64,000 bases of DNA from Candidatus Micrarchaeota archaeon. GTDB lineage: Archaea; Micrarchaeota; Micrarchaeia; Anstonellales; Bilamarchaeaceae. Shown piece by piece: positions 56,776 through 64,000 of this stretch (positions are counted from its first letter, which is position 1; each line of letters starts with the position of its first letter). The notes below the pieces were generated by a model, which ran no database searches, was not told the origin of the DNA, and saw nothing but the letters and a program-made list of their open reading frames with translations. The stretch covers positions 51,120-115,119 of the forward strand of contig JBBSVO010000003.1 of the NCBI GenBank assembly GCA_038046805.1, given 5' to 3'. Made by a program: the position numbers and the translations under genes.

Positions 56776-58115
56776 TCAAATTTCACCAATCTTTCAATCG
56801 CATCCTTCACAAAAACAAAATCCTCTTTTCCGCTTTTCATATCCTTTAGCGTGATTTTGTTTTCCTTTGCCTCGCGCTCACCAACTACCGCAAAGAATGG
56901 CATACCCAGAGAATTTGCATAATCCATCTGCTTTCTCAGGTTGCGCTCATTGAGATCAGTTTCCGTTGCGATACCAGCCGCCCTAAATTCTCCAGCTACC
57001 TTTGCCGCATAATTATAAAACTCTGGTTTTACACAACCAACAAATACCTTTGTGTAGGTTTTAGCAGTTCCGCCCGAATTGTTCTTCGCATTGCGTTCTT
57101 TGATAAGGGTTATGAGCCGCTCGATTCCGATTGAGATTCCGATTGCGCAATCGGGCTGGCCATAAAGACCTAAAAGCTTGTCATATCTTCCTCCGCCTGC
57201 GATTGTCCCGATTCCGTCAGAAAGTTTTATTTCAAATACCGGGCCTGTGTAATAGCCCAATCCACGGACCATCGCCAGATCAACCACCACTTCAAATCCA
57301 GCAGAATCGCACAATGAAACTATTTCGCGAAGCTCTGCAACACCTTCTGGACAGACATTCTCAACTGCGCGCAACTTATCCTCGTTCTCCCCGCTCATTT
57401 TCACGAGTTCAAGAACTGTTTTTGTTGCCTTTTTACCTATGATTCCTTCAAGCTCCACGCGGACTGCAGCCTCTCCGATTTTATCTGTTTTGTCAAGAAC
57501 CCGCAATATATCATTTATATTATCGCCCATGTCCAGGTCATCCACAATCGCGTCCATGATTTTGCGGTTATTTAGCAGGATTCTTGGATTTTCAAATCCA
57601 AATCCAACAAGTGATTCTCGAGCCACGGACAAAACTTCTGCCTCTGCACGCATAGACTTGCTTCCTATGACATCAATATCAGCCTGCCAGAACTCGCGGA
57701 ATCTTCCGCGTTGCGGCTCTTCTTTTCTCCATACATTGGAGATACAATATCTTTTGAATGGCTTTGGCTCTGCGGTATTTGATGCAACCCTTGCAAGCGG
57801 GACGGTAAGATCGAATCTGAGGCCGTATTCGTTCTTTCCGATTTTGTTCTCGCTGTTCTCGCCGTTTTCGCTTTTTTCCGTATTTTGTTTTTTTCCGCTT
57901 CCGCTCACGATTTCAAATATCTCGCCTTCAATGTCTTCTCCTGCCTTTGCTCTAAGAGTTTCGAGATATTCCATAGCCGGAGTTTCAAGCGGCCTGTAAC
58001 CATACTTACGGTACACGGCTTCGATCTTAGCGAAAACCTCATTGCGCAGTATCATATCCTCTGGGAGAAAATCCCGCATTCCTTTAGGGGTTGATTTTGA
58101 CGACATAGGAATCAT
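56772..58115 (-). CDS. hisS: Histidyl-tRNA synthetase
   Basis: PKGMRDFLP, LRFDLTVP, GRFREFWQ, RGLGYYTG, GGGRYD. Confidence 0.97.
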   Translation of the reverse strand: MIPMSSKSTPKGMRDFLPEDMILRNEVFAKIEAVYRKYGYRPLETPAMEYLETLRAKAGEDIEGEIFEIVSGSGKKQNTEKSENGENSENKIGKNEYGLRFDLTVPLARVASNTAEPKPFKRYCISNVWRKEEPQRGRFREFWQADIDVIGSKSMRAEAEVLSVARESLVGFGFENPRILLNNRKIMDAIVDDLDMGDNINDILRVLDKTDKIGEAAVRVELEGIIGKKATKTVLELVKMSGENEDKLRAVENVCPEGVAELREIVSLCDSAGFEVVVDLAMVRGLGYYTGPVFEIKLSDGIGTIAGGGRYDKLLGLYGQPDCAIGISIGIERLITLIKERNAKNNSGGTAKTYTKVFVGCVKPEFYNYAAKVAGEFRAAGIATETDLNERNLRKQMDYANSLGMPFFAVVGEREAKENKITLKDMKSGKEDFVFVKDAIERLVKFE

Positions 58116-58131
58116 ATTAACACCAAACCAA

Positions 58132-59193
58132 TTAATACCTGACCTTGGCGGATTTTACCGCATCTTCCAGAGCATACATAACCCGAAATGCAAGCTCCCA
58201 TAGGTCTGCGCAACCAGAAAGGTCTGGAAGCAAACCCAGGGGGGTTGGGGTTCTCAAAACTGCGTACTCGGGATATTTCCCAAGTTTTGACTTCAGTCTT
58301 AACAGATCATTAAATGCATTTATTGGAGGGAATGGCACGCAAAGCGGGCAAAAATCAGATATGGATTCAACTGCCTTAAATGCCAGCCTTGCAATCTCCG
58401 GGATTTTTCCGCTATCGAATTCAAATGGGGAAACCGCATAGGCAAGCTCCGGACATAAAATGCCAGGCAACAGAAGATAGAATTCACTGTAGTTCCATGA
58501 AGCAGATGGCCGCACTTTTCCCTCCAATGCCAATTTTTCTATATCCTCGAGCGAATACTTTCCATACTTGCCTCCGTAAAAGGTTTGCGGAATAAGAAGG
58601 CGCCCTTCTTTCACGAATAGCTGGCCTATCTTCTGCCCGCTTGACTTGAGATTCATTAGCACAATCTTTGAATAAAATGGAGACAAGTCACGGACATATG
58701 ACACTTGCGGTATCCTGCCTGCCTCCTGCCTAAATGAATCTGCCATAAGGTCTCCGCGCGCATTCCTTAATTCGTCCAGCGAGGTATAAGGTTCTGGCTT
58801 AGGGACGGTTTCGCGAAGTACAATTGCATTATCAACATCCCAAACATACTGAGATATGAAACTATCCTTGTAAGGCGCAGGCATCCAGCAATCCAAAGTA
58901 AGTTCAAGAATCCCAAAAGGAACCCCGAGTTCTCTTGCAATGGCAAAACCCATCAAAGCCTCTGCATCCAACCGTGCGAGTTGCCGTGGAAGAACAACTC
59001 CACACAGGTTTAGTTCCAGAGAATCGAAATCCACGCCCCATCTTTCCTTTAGGTATTTGCGTGCCTTTGAAGAACAATCCGAGGATGCTCGCTGTCTGGT
59101 TTCTTCCCCAAACTGCTCTTTTGAAAGAACGTATGGGAGCCTAAAGGTTTCCCTGCAGTATTTTTCAGCAATACCACGGATATCACTTCGCAT
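58132..59193 (-). CDS. Hypothetical protein downstream of radical SAM
   Basis: 353-aa ORF, no recognised motif. Confidence 0.7.
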   Translation of the reverse strand: MRSDIRGIAEKYCRETFRLPYVLSKEQFGEETRQRASSDCSSKARKYLKERWGVDFDSLELNLCGVVLPRQLARLDAEALMGFAIARELGVPFGILELTLDCWMPAPYKDSFISQYVWDVDNAIVLRETVPKPEPYTSLDELRNARGDLMADSFRQEAGRIPQVSYVRDLSPFYSKIVLMNLKSSGQKIGQLFVKEGRLLIPQTFYGGKYGKYSLEDIEKLALEGKVRPSASWNYSEFYLLLPGILCPELAYAVSPFEFDSGKIPEIARLAFKAVESISDFCPLCVPFPPINAFNDLLRLKSKLGKYPEYAVLRTPTPLGLLPDLSGCADLWELAFRVMYALEDAVKSAKVRY

Positions 59194-59297
59194 ATCCGAA
59201 ACAGTGAAGTAAATCCCTTCCCATTCTCTGTTCCCGATTCTCAGCTCCTGGTTTCAGGTTTCCCGCTCCAGGCCTCCTGTTTTCTGTTTTGTACATT

Positions 59298-60284
59298 TCA
59301 AATCCCTCCTTTTTGTTTTTCAGTTTTTTCTCTTTCTGAACGTGACAAATAGTGATACGCCGGACAATCAAGCGGATTTCCCTTTGATGAAAACTCCCTT
59401 TCTCGCACGAGTTCTCCGTCCTCATAGCGGCCTATTGCATTTTCAGGCTGTGTGAGGTAGATACATGGATAGATATTGCCGTCAACCCCGATGGTAAGGC
59501 CGCCATCCCTTGAACCTGCACCACAGCAAAATTGTTTTTTCCTGAACTGAGTGCCTAAAGAGCCTGCAGCTGAAAGATAGATAGCCGGATAGCGGATGCG
59601 TAATTCATCAAGCATCCCGAAGAAATTCCCAGTTTCCTGCTCAGTTAGCATTTGCGGACCTTTTCCATTAATCCGCAAGTATCTCAAGAACTGAACCACC
59701 TGCGCGCCCTGACAGATACACTCTTCGGCCATTTGCGGGACAAAATCCAAATTCCTCTGTGTAATAGTGATGCGCATCATCAATTCAAGTCCGCTTGCAA
59801 CCACGCGCCTCGCAGCCTCACGCACGATATCAGAGGAGGTAAGCCTCAGTCCGCTGTTTTCAAAATTCGCGGTCAGGACAACCTGCCTTATCCCAATATC
59901 CCTTATCTCTTCGCACAAATCCGATTTTTCAACAAGAACTCGGCCATTTGTAAGAACAGATGTTGAAGCAGAAGCCTTGAGGATTTCGGCCAATCTTCTG
60001 AATCGCAGAACCTCAGTTGTGCTTGCGAATACGGAAAACCCGGCTTTCCTGAACCTGAGAAGATCTACGATTATCGCCTCTTCGGTTCTCTTGATCCTCT
60101 TTTTATATGCGCCTCCGGATAGCACAAAACACCCAGTGCAGCGCGAATTGCAGGGAGGTTCTGTTTCTGGCAAAAACATATATGTAATTGTGGGGCGCCG
60201 TGCGAATTTCTTCATATATTCCGGAATTGATGCAAATTTTCGGCCGCACGCTGGCGCGCAGGTAGGATTAATCATTTTTTCCAC
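59298..60284 (-). CDS. Radical SAM protein with short SPASM/twitch-like C-terminus
   Basis: CNSRCTGC, TNG, CGAG......I..DG.IYPC......IG...CPA. Confidence 0.9.
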   Translation of the reverse strand: MEKMINPTCAPACGRKFASIPEYMKKFARRPTITYMFLPETEPPCNSRCTGCFVLSGGAYKKRIKRTEEAIIVDLLRFRKAGFSVFASTTEVLRFRRLAEILKASASTSVLTNGRVLVEKSDLCEEIRDIGIRQVVLTANFENSGLRLTSSDIVREAARRVVASGLELMMRITITQRNLDFVPQMAEECICQGAQVVQFLRYLRINGKGPQMLTEQETGNFFGMLDELRIRYPAIYLSAAGSLGTQFRKKQFCCGAGSRDGGLTIGVDGNIYPCIYLTQPENAIGRYEDGELVREREFSSKGNPLDCPAYHYLSRSEREKTEKQKGGI

Positions 60285-60555
60285 CTCGACACCTTCCGTA
60301 CCTCAAATAAGCGCAATTTCTTGAGAATTTCCGCCCGTTTGCCATATCGCTGTCGCTGGCTTTCGCTAATTCAATAATGATGCTATTGGCTCCTGGCTTC
60401 TGGCTACTAGCTACCGGCCAACTGCCACTAGCAATTCGGATAATTATTTTTCCATTCGTTTCAATTCCGAGAGCCTCGCGTATTTCCAGCGGTAAAACTA
60501 GACGCGCCTTTGAATCAAGCGCAATAACGTATTTTCGTTGCTCAATGAAGTACAT
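60268..60555 (-). CDS. AbrB/MazE/MraZ-type DNA-binding protein
   Basis: LDSKARLVLP.EIREALGI, with in-frame heptamer-derived insert. Confidence 0.85.
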   Translation of the reverse strand: MYFIEQRKYVIALDSKARLVLPLEIREALGIETNGKIIIRIASGSWPVASSQKPGANSIIIELAKASDSDMANGRKFSRNCAYLRYGRCRGGKND

Positions 60556-60663
60556 CCCTTTTTGTGAAGTACATCCCTTCCTTTGTTCACCATATCCATT
60601 ACCTGTTTCTGATTTTCTTTGCTTACAGATATTGTATCTTTCCCACTTAATATACGTTTCGGT

Positions 60664-60972
60664 TTATTGATTCAACACCAGCAAAAAGCTTGTGTCTTTA
60701 TTCGCACTTAGCGAATGCACTGCCTTTTTCTTCATGTGGATAAACGTGCCAGGAAGCATCGGGATTCCCTCTCCCTCTAGAGTGAACGTGCCGTTGCCTT
60801 CTATAACATAGACTAACCCTTCTTTGGTGGACGTATGCTCGCCAAGCTCCGTTCCCTTTGCCATGCAGAACAACGTAACATCCACTTTATCGCTTTTTGA
60901 TATTACCTTGCTCACAATGCCGCCGTTTGAATACGAAATCATTTCCTTCAGGTTTTTCCATGTTTTTGGCAT
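60664..60972 (-). CDS. Cupin domain protein
   Basis: TLF....G..L.EHTS...G...VIEG.G...HSL.A. Confidence 0.9.
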   Translation of the reverse strand: MPKTWKNLKEMISYSNGGIVSKVISKSDKVDVTLFCMAKGTELGEHTSTKEGLVYVIEGNGTFTLEGEGIPMLPGTFIHMKKKAVHSLSANKDTSFLLVLNQ

Positions 60973-61031
60973 GACGGGAATTCACGATTTACAGTTTATA
61001 TTTGTTTCCGTTCATAATTCTTAGATGTTAT

Positions 61032-61171
61032 AGCCCCGTCGTCTAGAGTCTTGTGTCCAGCGTCTAGAGTTTCAAAAATACGAGACTGACGACTCAAGAC
61101 ACGAGACGGACTTTGGTCAAGGATGACAGGCTCTGGACCTGTATACGTCGGTTCGAATCCGATCGGGGCTA
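61032..61171 (+). tRNA. tRNA-Gln(CTG) with 67-nt intron at 15/16 (61047-61113)
   Basis: Acceptor AGCCCCG/CGGGGCT, helix GTCT/GGAC with bulges AGA and TTT, 73-nt spliced product. Confidence 0.93.
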
Positions 61172-61215
61172 TTTTAATTCCATAACTTTTTAATCCAAAC
61201 CGCATAAATACCGCC

Positions 61216-61623
61216 ATGCATCCCTTAAGCGAGGAGTTCAAAAAAAGCTTTGAGAATGAAAGCTGGGACTCCATAGCGCATATGGCACTGACGTTCCAAA
61301 TCGAACTTGAAGAGGACGACAAACATCAGAAAAGGCTCAAAAAGGAATTGGGGATGCTCAAACATGTGCTTCATCATCATTTGAAAGACCAAGAAGCCGC
61401 GGCAAGAAATCTGAATATAACGTTCTTTGTCCGCCTGCACAAGACAATAACACGATTAGAAAAGGCATTTGACAGGCATGACGTAAAAAGAAGGGAATTT
61501 TTAGTATTTCTCAAGGCAATTTTGCATAAATTAAGAAACACAAAATTCAGGGTATTCAAGACATTGGAAAGAAAAAACGAATTTGGAAGAATGAAGGGAT
61601 TGATGGACAAGAAGAATGGATGA
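61216..61623 (+). CDS. Hypothetical basic helical protein
   Basis: ORF overlapping pgi start, TTTTAA promoter upstream. Confidence 0.7.
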   Translation: MHPLSEEFKKSFENESWDSIAHMALTFQIELEEDDKHQKRLKKELGMLKHVLHHHLKDQEAAARNLNITFFVRLHKTITRLEKAFDRHDVKRREFLVFLKAILHKLRNTKFRVFKTLERKNEFGRMKGLMDKKNG

Positions 61624-62374
61624 AGGATTAAGAGAGATGGGAAATAATATGGTCGAAATCTACAAAGAACCTTTGAAAATTGAACTTGACGGAACAAAAC
61701 TGCATGTAAATGGAGCGCCGCATCCAAGCAGCGTGAGAAAGCTTGGCCAGATGCAGGAAGTGCTGATGCAGCATGTTGAGCCAAAATCAGAAGAGGATTT
61801 CAATACTTACTGGATGTACCGCAAGGTATATTTCTCGAATAACATCAGATTCGACATTACCCTTCTGCCAGCGAGAATGCTTGGAGGAGAATACATGAAA
61901 ACATATGGGCATTACCACCCAAAAGCACAGGATGGAAGCAGTCTTGGATATCCTGAGATATATCAGGTGCTTAAAGGAAAAGCGATTTTTATACTTCAGG
62001 AAAAAAACAAAGATGGGAGCGTAAATGTAACCGTGCAGGATGCAAACGAAGGAGACATTGCAATAATGCCCCCAGGAAACGGACACGTTACTGTAAATAA
62101 CGGAATAGAAGACATTATACTGTCAAATCTGGTATATGATAATTTCGAATCGGAATACGAAGATTACAAAATATATAGAGGCGCGGCATTTTATGCCACC
62201 GAAGAGGGATTAAAACAGAATACGGAATATCTTGTTAAAAAATTCAGCCGTATAAAGGCAACAGAATTCATCAAAAAATATGGAATCACGGTAAGGGATT
62301 TACTTAAGGAATTCTACAGCAACCCGGAAAAATTCGCCTTCTTAGAAAAGCCCGGACTGCTCTTTGGGCGCTGA
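61616..62374 (+). CDS. pgi: Cupin-type glucose-6-phosphate isomerase
   Basis: EY.KTYGHYH, PEIYQVL.G, PPG.GHVTVN. Confidence 0.9.
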   Translation: MDEGLREMGNNMVEIYKEPLKIELDGTKLHVNGAPHPSSVRKLGQMQEVLMQHVEPKSEEDFNTYWMYRKVYFSNNIRFDITLLPARMLGGEYMKTYGHYHPKAQDGSSLGYPEIYQVLKGKAIFILQEKNKDGSVNVTVQDANEGDIAIMPPGNGHVTVNNGIEDIILSNLVYDNFESEYEDYKIYRGAAFYATEEGLKQNTEYLVKKFSRIKATEFIKKYGITVRDLLKEFYSNPEKFAFLEKPGLLFGR

Positions 62375-64000
62375 CTTCAGTCGTCCACTCGCGAGCTTTT
62401 CATTCCCGCCACCGCCTCCACCGAACTTTGAAGCCAGTTTTTGCATTAGGTCGCGGGCATTTACAGATTTGTTGCTGGAAGCGCAGACCGTATCCCCAAG
62501 ATTATTTACAAGGATAGCTGAAACACCGACACCGCCTGCTGTGAGCAGAAGATTTCCGATTTTTCTAAGGGTTTCTGCATCCGTATCAAGTATTCTTACC
62601 GCGGTTTTGCCACTTGCAATGCTTTCTTTTACTACTTCGGCAGCTTCGCTTTTTGCAAATCCTTCTGAAAGCTCCACTATCTTTTTCTTTTGCTCTTTCC
62701 ATTCATTGAAAAATCGTTCAACAGTCTTCTTCAGCTCATTGTCACTTACGCTTACAACCAACGCGGCATCGCGGAGCATTTTTTCCTTTTCCTGAACATA
62801 TGCAATTGCAACAGTTCCGCATTTGTAGGTTATTCTTTCTACACCATCCTGAATACCCTCGCGTTTCACGATTTTGAAGCATCCAATTTCGCCAGTGCTT
62901 TTTAGCATGTGATGGGTTCCGCCACACGCTTCGGTGTCGATTCCCTTGACCGAAACAATGCGAAGTTCTTTTCCCGGAACTGCACCGCCCTGATAAAGCG
63001 TGAAACCATATTTTGATTCCGCAACGTTTCGCGGCAAAACTTCAACAAGAATCGGAACGTTTCGCAAGATGTATTCATTTACCTTTAATTCGATTTTGTC
63101 CAGCTCCTCCTGCGTTGTGCGCTTGTAATGAGTGACGTCCAAATGCGCTTTTTCCGCATCCTTGTGAGAACCGCCCTGCCAGATATGGTTTCCCAGAATC
63201 TCGCGACAAGCCGCATTTAACAGGTGCGCAGCTGTGTGATGACGAGTGATTGTTTTCCTGCGTTCCAACTCAACTTCGCCTTTGATCTTTTGACCGGATT
63301 TGAACTTGGAAGCATCTGCAGAAGAAACTTCGTGAAGGATTACGCCTGCCTGTTTTTGGGTATCGGTTACAGAGATTCCATTTAATGTTCCGGTATCGCC
63401 TACCTGTCCGCCCCCTTCTGGATAAAAAGCAGATTTGTCAAGAACAACATACTTGCTGCCAATTACTCCAAGGACTTTTGCATCAAACGAACCGGACGAA
63501 CCGGACGAACCAGACCCCTTTTCCGAATAGTATAGCGGCTCTGTTTTATCGAATTTTGAAACATCTAATTTTGCTCCCTCTTCTTTCTTTGCTTCTCCTT
63601 CCTTTTCACGCACTAACCCGTAGAAGTTACCCGGAACATGAACTTTTACTCCAGACTCTTTCGCGACTTCCTCTACAAACTCTGGCGGAACACCATGACT
63701 CTTGTAAAGCGTAATAAGATCGTCAGTCTTGATTGAACTGTTTACTCCATCAGCTCCTTTGGAAAGCATAGAAACTACTTTTCCTCGCGCTTTTTGTTTT
63801 GTTGCCTCGTATTTCTTTTTTTCTTCTGTGATGACGTCCGCGGTTGATAAGACTCCGCTCTTTAGATTCGGAAACAAGTCTGTAAGATGCGCAGCATGAA
63901 GTTCGAGGATTTTCGCATAATCAAACTTGAAACCATATTCTTCTTCGAAACCAAACGCACGCCTAAGAATGAGCCGTAAATTATATCCGCCTCCGGCATT
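62342..64000 (-). CDS. alaS: Alanyl-tRNA synthetase, C-terminal part (runs off window)
   Basis: GGGYNLR..LRR, FYPEGGGQ.GD, HTAAH, EACGGTH, GGGGGG. Confidence 0.96.
   Translation of the reverse strand, partial: NAGGGYNLRLILRRAFGFEEEYGFKFDYAKILELHAAHLTDLFPNLKSGVLSTADVITEEKKKYEATKQKARGKVVSMLSKGADGVNSSIKTDDLITLYKSHGVPPEFVEEVAKESGVKVHVPGNFYGLVREKEGEAKKEEGAKLDVSKFDKTEPLYYSEKGSGSSGSSGSFDAKVLGVIGSKYVVLDKSAFYPEGGGQVGDTGTLNGISVTDTQKQAGVILHEVSSADASKFKSGQKIKGEVELERRKTITRHHTAAHLLNAACREILGNHIWQGGSHKDAEKAHLDVTHYKRTTQEELDKIELKVNEYILRNVPILVEVLPRNVAESKYGFTLYQGGAVPGKELRIVSVKGIDTEACGGTHHMLKSTGEIGCFKIVKREGIQDGVERITYKCGTVAIAYVQEKEKMLRDAALVVSVSDNELKKTVERFFNEWKEQKKKIVELSEGFAKSEAAEVVKESIASGKTAVRILDTDAETLRKIGNLLLTAGGVGVSAILVNNLGDTVCASSNKSVNARDLMQKLASKFGGGGGGNEKLASGRLKSAPKEQSGLF

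Noticed and set aside
1..64000. Stop-codon reassignment or selenoproteins
   Set aside because: Conserved genes are uninterrupted and end at TAA, TAG and TGA

Overview
Chromosomal window from an archaeon, most likely DPANN (Micrarchaeota-like; inferred from gene content). Supporting signs are archaeal TyrRS/HisRS/AlaRS, Alba, Nop5, ABCE1, proteasome beta, aCPSF1 and TYW3, GGTGA Shine-Dalgarno motifs, TATA promoters and bacterial-type gyrase. No cas genes, CRISPR array, rRNA or intact transposase were seen. The main signal is at RNA level. All five tRNA genes (Gly-TCC, Ser-CGA, Thr-CGT, Pro-TGG, Gln-CTG) carry introns at non-canonical sites (15/16 or T-loop), seven introns in total, one with a nested BHB motif. 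Six of the seven are built from 7-bp-periodic tracts and stacked palindromes that also occur between genes, inside a CDS, and behind a candidate H/ACA RNA whose 3' end is triplicated. This suggests a family of small spreading RNA/DNA elements tied to BHB splicing. Other notable items: a C/D sRNA aimed at 16S C1402, a 114-bp in-frame IS200/IS605-like MITE, three loci of a Cys-rich repeat family (two next to regulators), an HNH-type GyrA intein, an archaeal GGEEF diguanylate cyclase, a beta-barrel-like secreted protein, a SelO-like protein and several micro-ORFs missing from the ORF track.
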